Assembly (NCBI GenBank): GCA_965237955.1
Contig: OZ250169.1
Span: 4,928,001-4,992,000, forward strand
Reading direction: 5' to 3'
DNA from: Candidatus Marinacidobacterales bacterium
GTDB lineage: Bacteria; Acidobacteriota; Vicinamibacteria; Marinacidobacterales; SMYC01
Length of the DNA: 64,000 nucleotides
The notes beneath the pieces are model-generated. The model ran no database searches and had not been told where the DNA came from. It saw only the letters and a list, made by a program, of their open reading frames with translations. Below, piece after piece: positions 38,855-48,864 of this stretch (position 1 is the stretch's first letter; every line of letters starts with the position of its first letter). A program made the position numbers and the translations under genes.

Positions 38855-39838
38855 ATGACTGGAATCGAAGCCATCAACGATCGTGTCAAAGAAGAGGCGG
38901 TCTTCGTCGACACCCTGTTGACGGAGCTCCGCAAAGTCATCGTCGGCCAACAGGACATGCTCGATCGCATGCTGATTGGCCTCTTGAGCCGGGGTCATGT
39001 GCTCCTTGAGGGCGTCCCCGGGCTCGCCAAGACCCTGGCGGTCCGGAGCTTGGCTGACGCCATCCACGCCCAGTTCCAAAGAATCCAGTTCACGCCCGAC
39101 CTGCTTCCGGCCGACCTCATCGGGACGCTCATCTACAACCAGAAAGAAGGCACGTTCGTCCCCAAGAAAGGGCCCATCTTCACGAATTTGCTGCTCGCGG
39201 ACGAGATCAACCGCGCGCCCGCCAAAGTGCAGAGCGCGCTCCTCGAAGCTATGCAAGAGCGCCAAGTCACGATTGGCGATACGACCTACCCGCTCGACGA
39301 GCCCTTTCTCGTGCTGGCAACGCAAAACCCCATCGAACAAGAAGGCACGTACCCTCTCCCCGAAGCGCAGGTCGATCGATTCATGCTCAAGCTCAAGATC
39401 GACTATCCGAACCGCAAGGACGAGCGCGAGATCCTCGAGCGGATGTCGACCGAGGATCAGCCGCGCGCCGATCGTGTCGTAGAAGCGGAAGAGATTCTCA
39501 AAGCGCGCAAGGTCGTCGATGACGTCTACATGGACGATCGCGTCAAGGAATACATCCTCGAGATCGTCTTTGCGACGAGAAATCCAGATGAGTTCGGGCT
39601 CGATATTGCTCCGCTCATCGAGTTCGGCGCTTCGCCCCGGGCGACGCTCTTTCTCGCGCAAGCCTCCCGAGCACACGCGTTCATCCGTCGACGTGGTTAC
39701 GTTACGCCCGAGGACGTCAAGTCCATTGGACCCGATGTGTTGCGCCACCGCGTGATCCTCTCCTACGAAGCCGAGGCCGAGAACATCAAGCCCGAAGAAA
39801 TCATCCAGCGTATTTTCGACACGGTGGAGGTGCCGTAG
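38855..39838 (+). CDS. moxR: MoxR-family AAA+ ATPase
   Basis: LLEGVPGLAKT, RIQFTPDLLPAD, DEINRA, ATQNPIE, PEAQVDRF, GASPR. Confidence 0.95.
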   Translation: MTGIEAINDRVKEEAVFVDTLLTELRKVIVGQQDMLDRMLIGLLSRGHVLLEGVPGLAKTLAVRSLADAIHAQFQRIQFTPDLLPADLIGTLIYNQKEGTFVPKKGPIFTNLLLADEINRAPAKVQSALLEAMQERQVTIGDTTYPLDEPFLVLATQNPIEQEGTYPLPEAQVDRFMLKLKIDYPNRKDEREILERMSTEDQPRADRVVEAEEILKARKVVDDVYMDDRVKEYILEIVFATRNPDEFGLDIAPLIEFGASPRATLFLAQASRAHAFIRRRGYVTPEDVKSIGPDVLRHRVILSYEAEAENIKPEEIIQRIFDTVEVP

Positions 39839-39858
39839 TGTCGCGTACGGCGTGCCGC

Positions 39859-39886
39859 CATCGGCCATCGGCCGTCACCCATCAGC
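39859..39886 (-). repeat. Four degenerate heptamers, same family as 7658-7685 in reverse orientation
   Basis: catcggc-catcggc-cgtcacc-catcagc. Confidence 0.55.
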
Positions 39887-39902
39887 TCGTGTAATCCACT
39901 CC

Positions 39903-40784
39903 ATGCTTCCTCGAGAAGTCATCGAAAAAGTTCGGCGCATCGAGATCAAGACCCGCCGCATGGTCACCGACGCCCTCGCGGGTGAGTACCACAGCATCTT
40001 CAAAGGCCGCGGCATGGAGTTCTCCGAAGTCCGCGAGTACCAGATGGGCGACGACATCCGCACCATCGACTGGAACGTCACGTCGCGCACCGGAAACCTC
40101 CACGTCAAGAAATTCACCGAAGAGCGTGAGCTCACGGTGTTGCTCGTGCTCGACGTCAGCGGATCTTCCGATTTCGGCACCCACGCCCACTTCAAGCGCG
40201 AAGTTGCCGCCGAAATGGGAGCGCTCCTCGCGTTCAGCGCCATCAAGAACAACGATCGCGTCGGCGCCATCGTGTTCACGAGCGAGGTCGAGATGTACAT
40301 CCCTCCTCGTAAGGGACGCGCTCACGTCCTTCGCGTCATCCGCGACCTGCTCTACTTCGAGCCGAAGGGCAAAGGAACCAACCTCGCCCACGCGTGCGAG
40401 TACTTGAACCGCATCACCCGAAAGCGCGCCGTCGTTTTCGTGCTTTCGGATTTCATGGACTCGAAGTTCGAAAAGCCACTTCGAGTGGCCGCGAAGAAAC
40501 ACGACCTGATCTCGATCTTCATCTCGGATCCGCGCGAGAGTGAGTTCCTCCCCGTTGGCCTCGTGGAGCTGCAGGACGCCGAGACCGGGCAGAAAATTGT
40601 GCTCGACACCTCCGATCGCAACGCGATGGCTGCGTATCGCGAAACTGTCGAGGCGCATCGGACGGACCAGCAGGCGGCGCTCGCCAGCATGGGCGTCGAT
40701 CTCATCGACATCCACACTGACGTTCCCTATGACAAACCGCTGCTTCGGTTCTTCGAGATGCGGGCGAGAAGGCTTCGACGATGA
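39903..40784 (+). CDS. DUF58 domain protein
   Basis: KGRGMEFSEVREYQMGDDIRTIDWNVTSR, LDVSGS, LSDF. Confidence 0.92.
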   Translation: MLPREVIEKVRRIEIKTRRMVTDALAGEYHSIFKGRGMEFSEVREYQMGDDIRTIDWNVTSRTGNLHVKKFTEERELTVLLVLDVSGSSDFGTHAHFKREVAAEMGALLAFSAIKNNDRVGAIVFTSEVEMYIPPRKGRAHVLRVIRDLLYFEPKGKGTNLAHACEYLNRITRKRAVVFVLSDFMDSKFEKPLRVAAKKHDLISIFISDPRESEFLPVGLVELQDAETGQKIVLDTSDRNAMAAYRETVEAHRTDQQAALASMGVDLIDIHTDVPYDKPLLRFFEMRARRLRR

Positions 40785-41719
40785 AGCGAGCTGCCCTCTT
40801 CGTATCGGCTCTCGTTTGGTTGGCCGGCTGCACTCGCGAAAACGCGCCCGAGATTCCCGAAGGTCCGGTGGAGTGGTCCGTATCTGCATCGAGTACGAGC
40901 CCTGAAGTGCAGGTCGGTGACGACTTCACGTTCACGCTCGCGTTGACGCACCCTCCGGAAGGTGACTTCGTCCCTCCGTCGGAAGTCGATTTCGAGCCTT
41001 TCGATGTTCTCGAGACGTGGACCGAGGAAGTTTCCCCCGTCGAGACAAGGCTTCATTTCCGGCTCGCCGCGTACCAGCTTCCCGAGGAGCTCGAAGTGGC
41101 GCCGCTCACGATCCGCTACCGTGACGAGGCCGGTGAGATGGCGAGAGTCGAGAGCGAGCCCGTCGCGGTTCGGGTGGTGACGTCGTTGACCCCGGATGTG
41201 ACCGATATCCACGACATCAAAGACCCCATGGTGCTCGAGGTCCCCCGGGATTGGAGCTTGCTGTTGTGGCTCTTCCTCGCGCTTCTCGCGAGCCTCGTCG
41301 CCTACCTTATTTATAGAAAGCTCCGGAAAGACACCGAGGACGAGGCTGCCCCTGCCTGGGTACCGCCGCCGCGGCCCCCGCACGAAGAGGCCGAAGCCGC
41401 TCTGGCGCGTCTCGCCGAGAAGGGTTTGATCGAAAAGGGCGAGATCGCGCTCTTCTACACGGAACTGACCGACATCATGAAGCGTTATGCGGGTAGGCGG
41501 TTCGTGGTGCCTTATCTCGAGAGAACCACCGAGGAGGTTTTGTCGGATCTGGCCGCCAAACAGGTCTCGACACCGCCGCTGCGCGCTATTCTGGAAATCG
41601 CTGATCTCGTGAAATTCGCGAAGCAGATGCCAGGACAGCAACAAGGCCGCTCGTCGTTGACCATGGCGTTGGACCTCGTGCGCGACACGCGGCCGCCGGC
41701 GCTCGAGGCGACGTCATGA
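40781..41719 (+). CDS. Bat-operon accessory membrane protein
   Basis: Lipobox LAGC, Ig-like region, IHDIK, one TM, LERTTEE, ADLVKFAK. Confidence 0.75.
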   Translation: MKRAALFVSALVWLAGCTRENAPEIPEGPVEWSVSASSTSPEVQVGDDFTFTLALTHPPEGDFVPPSEVDFEPFDVLETWTEEVSPVETRLHFRLAAYQLPEELEVAPLTIRYRDEAGEMARVESEPVAVRVVTSLTPDVTDIHDIKDPMVLEVPRDWSLLLWLFLALLASLVAYLIYRKLRKDTEDEAAPAWVPPPRPPHEEAEAALARLAEKGLIEKGEIALFYTELTDIMKRYAGRRFVVPYLERTTEEVLSDLAAKQVSTPPLRAILEIADLVKFAKQMPGQQQGRSSLTMALDLVRDTRPPALEATS

Positions 41720-42705
41720 CCCGCTTCGCCTATCCGTGGATGGTGCTGGCGCTCGCGCTCGTGCCGCTCCTCGTCTACTTGCGATTTCGCTGGGGCGAGC
41801 GCGTGCCATCACTTCGCTATTCGGACGTCGGTGGCCTCGCGCGGCTCCCGCGCTCCGTCTGGGTTCGTCTCTCGTGGCTTCCATTCGCGCTGCGCGTGGC
41901 GGCTATCACGCTTCTGCTGGTTGCCCTGGCGCGACCTCAAAGCGGGGCGACGGGCGAAGAGATCCGTGCCGAGGGCGTCGACATCATGCTCGTGATCGAC
42001 GTTTCGAGCAGCATGCTTGCCGAGGACTTCCGTCCCAACAATCGTCTCCACGTAGCCAAAGAAGTGGTTTCTGATTTCATCAAACGACGAGACAACGACC
42101 GCCTGGGGATGACCGTCTTTGCGCGGCACGCGATCACGAAGACACCCCTCACTCTCGACCACGACATCTTGTTGACCCACCTCGACGATGTCGCGATTGG
42201 CACCATAGCGGACGGAACCGCCATCGGTAACGCCATCGCGTCGTCCGTGAATCGCCTGAAAGACTCTGACGCTGAATCGCGCATCATGATCCTGCTGACG
42301 GACGGTGAGAACACCGCGGGTGAAATTGATCCCTTCACCGCCGCGCAACTCGCGAAGACGTTCGGCATTCGCGTGTACGCCGTGGGTGTTGGAAGGGGCG
42401 GCTTGGTGCCGTACCCGTTTCGCGATCCGCTGTATGGAACGGTGTATCGCGAAGTCGAGATCCCGATCGACGAAGAGGGTCTCGAAGAGATCGCGACTAT
42501 CACCGGTGCCCAGTTTTTTCGCGCTCGCGATGCGGAGTCGCTGAAAGCCGTCTACGAGGAGATCGACGCTCTCGAAACCACGGAGATCGAGCAGATTCAA
42601 TACGTGCGCTACACCGAGCTGGCGACGTACTTCATGTTGGCCGCGCTCGGATTCCTTGCGGCCGAGACGCTCTTGTCGCGAACGCGTTTGGCGAGGTTTC
42701 CCTGA
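41716..42705 (+). CDS. batA: VWA domain protein, BatA-like
   Basis: ALARPQ, MIDAS DVSSSM, GTAIG, LLTDGEN, C-terminal TM. Confidence 0.85.
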   Translation: MTRFAYPWMVLALALVPLLVYLRFRWGERVPSLRYSDVGGLARLPRSVWVRLSWLPFALRVAAITLLLVALARPQSGATGEEIRAEGVDIMLVIDVSSSMLAEDFRPNNRLHVAKEVVSDFIKRRDNDRLGMTVFARHAITKTPLTLDHDILLTHLDDVAIGTIADGTAIGNAIASSVNRLKDSDAESRIMILLTDGENTAGEIDPFTAAQLAKTFGIRVYAVGVGRGGLVPYPFRDPLYGTVYREVEIPIDEEGLEEIATITGAQFFRARDAESLKAVYEEIDALETTEIEQIQYVRYTELATYFMLAALGFLAAETLLSRTRLARFP

Positions 42706-43733
42706 TGCAGTTTCACACGCCGAACGCGTTCTATTTGCTGCTCTTGCTGCCGGTGCTGGCGTGGTTCATCTACTGGAGCATGCGGCGTAAGCGAAAAGCG
42801 GCCGAAGCTCTCGGGGACGTCGATCTCATCGATCGGCTATCGTTGCGGGTGAGCCCATCACGCGAACGCATCAAGCCGGCGCTTATCGGCGCCGCGGTGT
42901 TTTTTCTCGTGCTCGCGATCGCGCGGCCGCAGTGGGGTCAAGGCGAGCAGGAAGTGTTCGCTCGCGGCGTCGATGTGTTTCTCGTTCTCGATACGTCGTT
43001 CAGTATGGACGCGCCCGACATCGCGCCGTCGCGCATGGAGCGAGCGCGCTACGTCGCGTCTCAGCTGATGGGTAGGCTTCAAGGAAATCGTTTGGGCCTC
43101 GTCGTGTTCTCGGGAGCATCATTCGTCCAGTGTCCACTCACGCTGGACTACGGCGCGGCCCGCATCTTTCTCGACACCGTGGCCACCGGTATCGTCCCCG
43201 TGCCGGGAACGAACATCGTTCAGGCGATCGAGGCTGCCAAGCGTGGCTTCGTCTCGCGAAACTCCAAGTACAAAGTCATCGTTCTTCTGACCGATGGAGA
43301 GCAGCAGACCGGCGATGTGATTTCCGTGGCGGAGCAAGCGCGCGACGAAGGCATCGTGATCCACACCATCGGGGTGGGTACTCCGGGGGGCGAGCCGATT
43401 CCGGTGTTGAACGAACGGGGCGAGGTCTCGGATTATGTGCGACACGAGTCGGGCCAGCCTGTTTTGAGCCGCTTGGACGAAGAGACGCTTTCCACGCTCG
43501 CACTCACCACCGGCGGGAAGTATTTCCGCGTATCCGGGCAGGACGAAGAGATCGAGGGTATCGCAACACGCATCATGGATATGGAAGGCGAGGACTTGGA
43601 ATCGCAGCTCTTTACCCGCTACCAAGAGCGCTTCTACTGGCCGCTGGTCATTGCCCTCACGCTCTTGGTCGTGGATACCGTCCTGTCGAGGCAAAAGCGT
43701 GAGGGCCGCGAACCCACGGGAGAGATGACATGA
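42705..43733 (+). CDS. batB: VWA domain protein, BatB-like
   Basis: ARPQWG, LDTSFSM...PSR, CPLTLD, LTDGE, GVGTPGG, SRLDE. Confidence 0.85.
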   Translation: MQFHTPNAFYLLLLLPVLAWFIYWSMRRKRKAAEALGDVDLIDRLSLRVSPSRERIKPALIGAAVFFLVLAIARPQWGQGEQEVFARGVDVFLVLDTSFSMDAPDIAPSRMERARYVASQLMGRLQGNRLGLVVFSGASFVQCPLTLDYGAARIFLDTVATGIVPVPGTNIVQAIEAAKRGFVSRNSKYKVIVLLTDGEQQTGDVISVAEQARDEGIVIHTIGVGTPGGEPIPVLNERGEVSDYVRHESGQPVLSRLDEETLSTLALTTGGKYFRVSGQDEEIEGIATRIMDMEGEDLESQLFTRYQERFYWPLVIALTLLVVDTVLSRQKREGREPTGEMT

Positions 43734-44377
43734 AGGTCCTAACAGCTTGGTCGAGCGCACTGGTCGTGGCTCAGCTGCTGGGGCCCGCCGAGGATCGCAC
43801 GACCAAAGCAGGTAACGACGCCTATCAGGAAGGCGAGCTAGACGAAGCGCTCAAGAATTACACCCGAGCGCAGGTCGAGCACCCCTATGCACATGAGCTT
43901 CACTACAACATCGGCAACGTACAGTTCCGCAAGGACGACCTCGACAAAGCGCTCGAGGAGTACCACGCCGCGCTCTATGCTGACGCGGAGTTGAAGCGGC
44001 GCGCGCACTACAACGCCGGCAACATCCGTTACTTGCGCGAAGAGTGGGAGGATGCTGTCAAAGCGTACAGCGATGCGCTCCGCATCGATCCTGACGACGT
44101 CGAAGCGCAGCAGAACCTGGAGCTCGCGCTTCAAAAGCTGCAGGAACAGCCGCAACAGAGCAGCAACGAGGACGAAAGCGAGCAAGAGCAATCACCGCAG
44201 TTGTCGCCCAATGAGCAGGGCGCGGAAGAACAGGATGCCCAACAGCAGCCGATGGAGATGACTCGAGAAGAGGCTGAGCAGATCCTTCAGGCACTCGCTC
44301 AGATGGAGCAAGCCCAGCAAATGGAGCAGCAGCCAAAGCAGGGGGCCAAAGTTCGAGCGAAAGGCAAGTACTGGTGA
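43730..44377 (+). CDS. batC: TPR protein, BatC-like
   Basis: YNIGN/YNAGN TPRs, NLELA, Q-rich linker, terminal KYW. Confidence 0.78.
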   Translation: MKVLTAWSSALVVAQLLGPAEDRTTKAGNDAYQEGELDEALKNYTRAQVEHPYAHELHYNIGNVQFRKDDLDKALEEYHAALYADAELKRRAHYNAGNIRYLREEWEDAVKAYSDALRIDPDDVEAQQNLELALQKLQEQPQQSSNEDESEQEQSPQLSPNEQGAEEQDAQQQPMEMTREEAEQILQALAQMEQAQQMEQQPKQGAKVRAKGKYW

Positions 44378-46164
44378 GACTCCTAGTACTCGCGCTAGCT
44401 TTTTCCACCGGCGCGCTCGCATCCGCCGCGCAGGAGGTCCGCGTCGAGGCGAGCGTCAATGCGAATCGCATCGGTCGAGAAGACGTACTTCAGCTGACGA
44501 TCGCGATCGAGGGCGGCGCCGGTGAGCCGCAGCTTCCCCAGATCGAGGGTTTTCGCGTGTACGGCCGCCGCTCGACATCCAGCCAGGCCTCGATCGTCGG
44601 CGGACAGATGACGTCGACGAACTCCTACATCTACCAGCTGCTGCCTGAAAAAGAAGGGCGATTCACGATCGGGCCTATCACCGTCAACGTCTCGGGTGAG
44701 GAACATCGCACCGAGCCGATCGAGATCGAAGTCGTCTCCGGCTCGGTAGTTCCTCGCGGGCGCGGTGTGAGTCCGTTCGGCTCGATGTCGCCGCGATCAC
44801 GACGAACGCCTTCGGTCACCGCCGGCGATGCCTACTTGAAAGCAGAAGTTTCGAAGAGCTCCGTCTACCAGGGCGAAGAGATTATCGTGACCTATCGCCT
44901 CTACAGCCGCTACGTTCCCCTCGGTCCACAGATTGAAGACGACCCGCCGCTGACCGGCTTCTGGGCGGAAGAGGTCGATCTCGACGACAGCGACACTGCC
45001 AAGCGCCAGACGATCGATGGGGAGCCGTACCTCGTGTTTCCTTTGAAACGGCGCATCCTGTTTCCGACCAAGACGGGTGAGCTCGAGGTTCCACCGCTGA
45101 CGTTGTCGACGGCGTTTCGGCTGACGTCGAGTGACCCCTTCGACTCCTTCTTCTCCCGCGGCTCGAGCCCGATCGTCGTCCGATCGGCGCCGGTGAAGGT
45201 CGATGTCAAACCGCTTCCTTCGGCTGGCCGCTCGCGGGAGTTCGCGGGCGCGGTGGGCGAGTTCGAGCTCACGGCGGAGCTGAATCGGGAAGAAGTGGAA
45301 GCGGGCGATGCGGTGACGCTGACACTTTCGATCGCCGGTCGGGGGAATCTTCGCACCATCGAATCGCCGTCTCTTCCCGATACCCCCGGGTTTCGCACGT
45401 TCGATCCCAAGACTGACGAAACGATACGCGCGAGCCGTCGGGGACTGCGCGGCTCGAAGCAGTGGGAGTACGTCCTCGTTCCCGAGTCGGGAGGTACGAA
45501 AGAGATTGGACCGTGGAGCTTTCAGTACTTCGATCCCGCCGCCGGCAAGTATGTCGACACGACCGCGGGACCGCTGACGCTTCGTGTGTCGGGCTCCGCC
45601 GCCGGTGCGGCACCGGCCCCGAGCTCGCGCGGTGAAGTCACGCTCTTACGGCAGGACATTCGATACTTGAAAGAGGCGCCTCGGACGTTGGGCGTTCAAT
45701 CGACGCCGTACTACGGAAGCACCCTCTTCTATCTCTCGCTCGCGCTTCCGATCCTTTGGAATCTCGGGCTCGTCGCTTATCTGCGGCAGCGTGAGAAAGA
45801 AAAAACTCACTCGAGTCTTTTCCGTAGCCGCCGCGCCCATCGCATGGCGCAAGATCGACTGAAACGCGCCGCCAAACTCGCGGCCGAGGGCTCCAAGGAT
45901 TTCTACGAAGAAATCGCCGCGGCGCTCTACAAATACGTCGGCGACAAGAAATCGGTCAGCCCCTCCGGTCTCACGACGCAGAGTATCGACGCTCTTCTCG
46001 ACGACGGCGGTGTTTCCCGCGCAACGCGTGCGAAGTTCCTCGCGGTCTTGTCGAAATGCGAAGAGGCGCGCTTCACTCCCGGAACGCGCACGCGCGATGA
46101 GATGGAGACGCTCCGCGCTCGCACAGAGGCTTTGATCGTCTGGGTGGAAAGACAACTCGCATGA
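44374..46164 (+). CDS. batD: BatD family protein
   Basis: Signal peptide, repeated beta-sandwich modules, VKPLP...GAVGEF, GRGNL, YFDP. Confidence 0.85.
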   Translation: MRLLVLALAFSTGALASAAQEVRVEASVNANRIGREDVLQLTIAIEGGAGEPQLPQIEGFRVYGRRSTSSQASIVGGQMTSTNSYIYQLLPEKEGRFTIGPITVNVSGEEHRTEPIEIEVVSGSVVPRGRGVSPFGSMSPRSRRTPSVTAGDAYLKAEVSKSSVYQGEEIIVTYRLYSRYVPLGPQIEDDPPLTGFWAEEVDLDDSDTAKRQTIDGEPYLVFPLKRRILFPTKTGELEVPPLTLSTAFRLTSSDPFDSFFSRGSSPIVVRSAPVKVDVKPLPSAGRSREFAGAVGEFELTAELNREEVEAGDAVTLTLSIAGRGNLRTIESPSLPDTPGFRTFDPKTDETIRASRRGLRGSKQWEYVLVPESGGTKEIGPWSFQYFDPAAGKYVDTTAGPLTLRVSGSAAGAAPAPSSRGEVTLLRQDIRYLKEAPRTLGVQSTPYYGSTLFYLSLALPILWNLGLVAYLRQREKEKTHSSLFRSRRAHRMAQDRLKRAAKLAAEGSKDFYEEIAAALYKYVGDKKSVSPSGLTTQSIDALLDDGGVSRATRAKFLAVLSKCEEARFTPGTRTRDEMETLRARTEALIVWVERQLA

Positions 46165-46907
46165 GCTTCGTCTTCGCGCTTTTGATGCAGCTCGCGGTAG
46201 AGTCGCCGCAAGAGGCGTTCGCCCGGGCGGAAGCGCTCTATCAAGAGCAACGCTATGACGAGGCGGCTGGAGTCTACGAGAGCATGCGGGCACTCGGCAT
46301 CGAAGACGCGGCGCTCGACTACAATCTGGGCAACGCTTACTTCAAAGCCGGGAGGCTCGGCCTGTCGGTGTTGAGCTACGAGCGGGCATTGGTGCTAGCG
46401 CCTAGCGACGAGGACGTACGGACGAATTTGTTGTACGCCAACGAGCTCGTGGCGGACGCCGTCGAGGAAGCGCCGCTACCACTCGCGGTCCGATGGGCGG
46501 TGGACGTCTACCGGAGCTTGCAGCCCAACTTCCTCGCAATCTTGTTGAGCATTGCTTTCGTTCTCGGCGGTGTGGCACTCACGCTCGTGCTCTACGACGC
46601 GTGGCGTCAACCTCAATGGGGGCGTTCATCTGCCGTCGTAGCTCTCGTCATCTGCGCGACGCTGGCGCTTGCCTCGGGAGGCGCGCTGGCGTCAAAAGTA
46701 AACGCAGCCGCGAATCGTGTCGAAGCCATCGTTTTGACCGAGAACGCCTACGTGCGCAGCGGACCCGGCGACGCCAACCCGCGACTAGCCGAGATCCACG
46801 AAGGTCTAAAAGTGCGCGTCATCTCCGAACGCGAGGGCTGGTATCAGGTCACTCTCGCAAACGGGCTGACCGGATGGTTACGCGCGGCCGAGATCGAGAC
46901 TATATAG
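46161..46907 (+). CDS. batE: TPR + SH3b protein, BatE-like
   Basis: YNLGNAYFK, two TMs, VRSGPG...IHEGLKV...GW..V...GW. Confidence 0.82.
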   Translation: MSFVFALLMQLAVESPQEAFARAEALYQEQRYDEAAGVYESMRALGIEDAALDYNLGNAYFKAGRLGLSVLSYERALVLAPSDEDVRTNLLYANELVADAVEEAPLPLAVRWAVDVYRSLQPNFLAILLSIAFVLGGVALTLVLYDAWRQPQWGRSSAVVALVICATLALASGGALASKVNAAANRVEAIVLTENAYVRSGPGDANPRLAEIHEGLKVRVISEREGWYQVTLANGLTGWLRAAEIETI

Positions 46908-46910
46908 CTC

Positions 46911-47816
46911 ATGCGGCAAAGCCGCCCGAGCTTCACCGCTACCAAGATCGCTCGCGGCATCGTGTTCGTTGCCGAAGATCCACGCGTGCGAGACCTCCTG
47001 CCTCCGGGAACTGTCGAGCTGAATTCGAAACTGCTGACCGAGGCGCAGCTAATCAAACCGTGGATGGTCGAGCTGTACCGCAAACCGTGGTTCCGAAGCT
47101 TCGCCCACCGGGTCGCACGCCACACGACGCCCTGGCAGATGATGACGCTTCCGATTCGCAAGCGCTTCATGGACTATGAAGCTCGGCGAGCCATCGATGA
47201 AGGGGCGCGTCAGCTTCTGATCGTCGGCGCAGGGTTCGACACACTCGCACTCCGCATAGCGGAACAGCTTCCCGACGTGCAATGTTTCGAAATCGACCAC
47301 CCAGCGACGCAGCAGGTCAAACGTGCGGCTGTCGAATCGTTGAAGCTCGAGCGTTCCAACTTGCATCTCGTGGCCGTCGATCTTGCTTCCACGAGTCTTC
47401 CCGATGCGCTCGAGCAAGCTCCCAGTTGGAAGAGCGGTGTGGTCACCGTCGTCACGGCCGAGGGCGTTTTGATGTACCTCGACGAGTCGGATGTGACCAA
47501 GTTTCTCGACGGCGTGCGCGCCACGACCGCGACGGGAACCACGTTGTTGTTCACCCATATCTGCACCGGCGAGCACGGAGAGCTCGTCACTGGCAAGCAC
47601 ACCGGCTTCATGCGCGCTGCTCTCAAACTCGTCGGAGAGCCTCTGAAGTGGGGGATACGCCAAGATGCGTTGGCTGGCTTTCTGGGAGCGTACGGCTATA
47701 CTCTGGAGGAATCGCCGACGCCGGAGCAGTTGCGGGAGCGCTACCTCGAGCCCATAGGACTCGGAGACGAGATCGTGGGCGACATCGAGCTGATGGCGGC
47801 GGCCAGGGTGAGGTGA
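46911..47816 (+). CDS. Class I SAM-dependent methyltransferase (leucine carboxyl methyltransferase-like)
   Basis: QLLIVGAGFDT, FEIDHPATQ, VDL, AEGVLMYL. Confidence 0.88.
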   Translation: MRQSRPSFTATKIARGIVFVAEDPRVRDLLPPGTVELNSKLLTEAQLIKPWMVELYRKPWFRSFAHRVARHTTPWQMMTLPIRKRFMDYEARRAIDEGARQLLIVGAGFDTLALRIAEQLPDVQCFEIDHPATQQVKRAAVESLKLERSNLHLVAVDLASTSLPDALEQAPSWKSGVVTVVTAEGVLMYLDESDVTKFLDGVRATTATGTTLLFTHICTGEHGELVTGKHTGFMRAALKLVGEPLKWGIRQDALAGFLGAYGYTLEESPTPEQLRERYLEPIGLGDEIVGDIELMAAARVR

Positions 47817-47817
47817 C

Positions 47818-48234
47818 ATGCCGAGCGAGAAAAGTCGGAAGCGGATGGACAAGCTCGTCGAAAGTTTCACCAAGAAGTCGGGAACCACGACCCATCCCGA
47901 CAAAGGTGTGACCGATGCGGTCGTCGAAGGCCTCGCGAGCCATCTCGACGAGCTCGGAAAACCTCTTTGCCCGTGTCGCTTCTATCCCGACAAGCAAGAG
48001 GAAGTGAAGCACCGAACGTGGATCTGCCCGTGCGACGACATGCAGATCTACAAGTATTGCCACTGTCTTCTGTTCGTGGACGAGAAAGGCCAACCGATCA
48101 CGGAGTATCTCCCCGAAAACCACGACGGCCGGCAGATTTATGGAATCGTGACCGATCCGACGCCAGACCAGGGCCGCGCCCTCCGTGACAAGGCTGCTGA
48201 GCGCGAAAAAGAGCGCAAGGAGCGTCCGTCGTAA
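47818..48234 (+). CDS. Ferredoxin:thioredoxin reductase catalytic subunit
   Basis: CPC-x16-CPC-x8-CHC signature (LCPCR...WICPC...YCHCLLF). Confidence 0.9.
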   Translation: MPSEKSRKRMDKLVESFTKKSGTTTHPDKGVTDAVVEGLASHLDELGKPLCPCRFYPDKQEEVKHRTWICPCDDMQIYKYCHCLLFVDEKGQPITEYLPENHDGRQIYGIVTDPTPDQGRALRDKAAEREKERKERPS

Positions 48235-48267
48235 AAAAAATGGGAGCGGGGGGCCTCCCCGCTCCCA
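48233..48267 (-). terminator. Intrinsic terminator (T8 tail on the minus strand, possibly bidirectional)
   Basis: 11-bp perfect stem TGGGAGCGGGG/CCCCGCTCCCA preceded by A8 on the plus strand. Confidence 0.75.
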
Positions 48268-48389
48268 GTGCCTGACGTTTCACCCAACACTGGCTACGGA
48301 CACAAAGGGGTCCGTGGGAGCGATCCGATCAGGAAAAACTCTCGAAGGAGCCGTAATAAATCTGTCAAGAATGTAACGCCAACGCTCCC

Positions 48390-48551
48390 GATCGTCGCGA
48401 TCCTGACGAGTCCGGAAAGTGTGAGCACGGAAAGGGCGAACGGCTGTGGCCCGGTGGCGAGCTGGGTCAACCATTCCGCGTAGTGTGGATGATCCGAAGT
48501 CGAATCCTCCCGATGGGCGTAGATCAAGACATTCACGTCGGGGAGGAGCAT
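48390..48551 (-). pseudogene. VapC PIN toxin, 3'-truncated
   Basis: MLLPDVNVLIYAHRED...LSGLVRIAT, after which similarity is lost; the C-terminal acidic catalytic residues are absent. Confidence 0.75.
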
Positions 48552-48814
48552 CAGCGCTTGCGCGGCTGCCTGGCAAAGATCGCCTCATCGTCCTCGGCGA
48601 CAAGGGCTCTTGGGCGATCGAGTTCGATTTCGGGGTGAAGCCCCTCCCCCTTCACCGTGACCAGCCGGAAAGGAGGGGATGACTGCGGAGCCATCCGCTT
48701 CAGAGCATCGTCGAGCGTCCTGGCAATGAAGGCACTGACGCTCAAGCCCTCCTCCTCCGCCCTCCGGCGAACCTGCTGGGCGAGACGATCCTCCAGGGAA
48801 ATCGTGGTTCTCAT
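48551..48814 (-). CDS. VapB-type ribbon-helix-helix antitoxin
   Basis: MRTTISLEDRL...RRAEEEGLSVSAFI; TGATG overlap with vapC. Confidence 0.85.
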   Translation of the reverse strand: MRTTISLEDRLAQQVRRRAEEEGLSVSAFIARTLDDALKRMAPQSSPPFRLVTVKGEGLHPEIELDRPRALVAEDDEAIFARQPRKR

Positions 48815-48864
48815 ATGCACAGCATGACGAAATCGCATCGACGCATCAAGCTGACCACTGAGGA

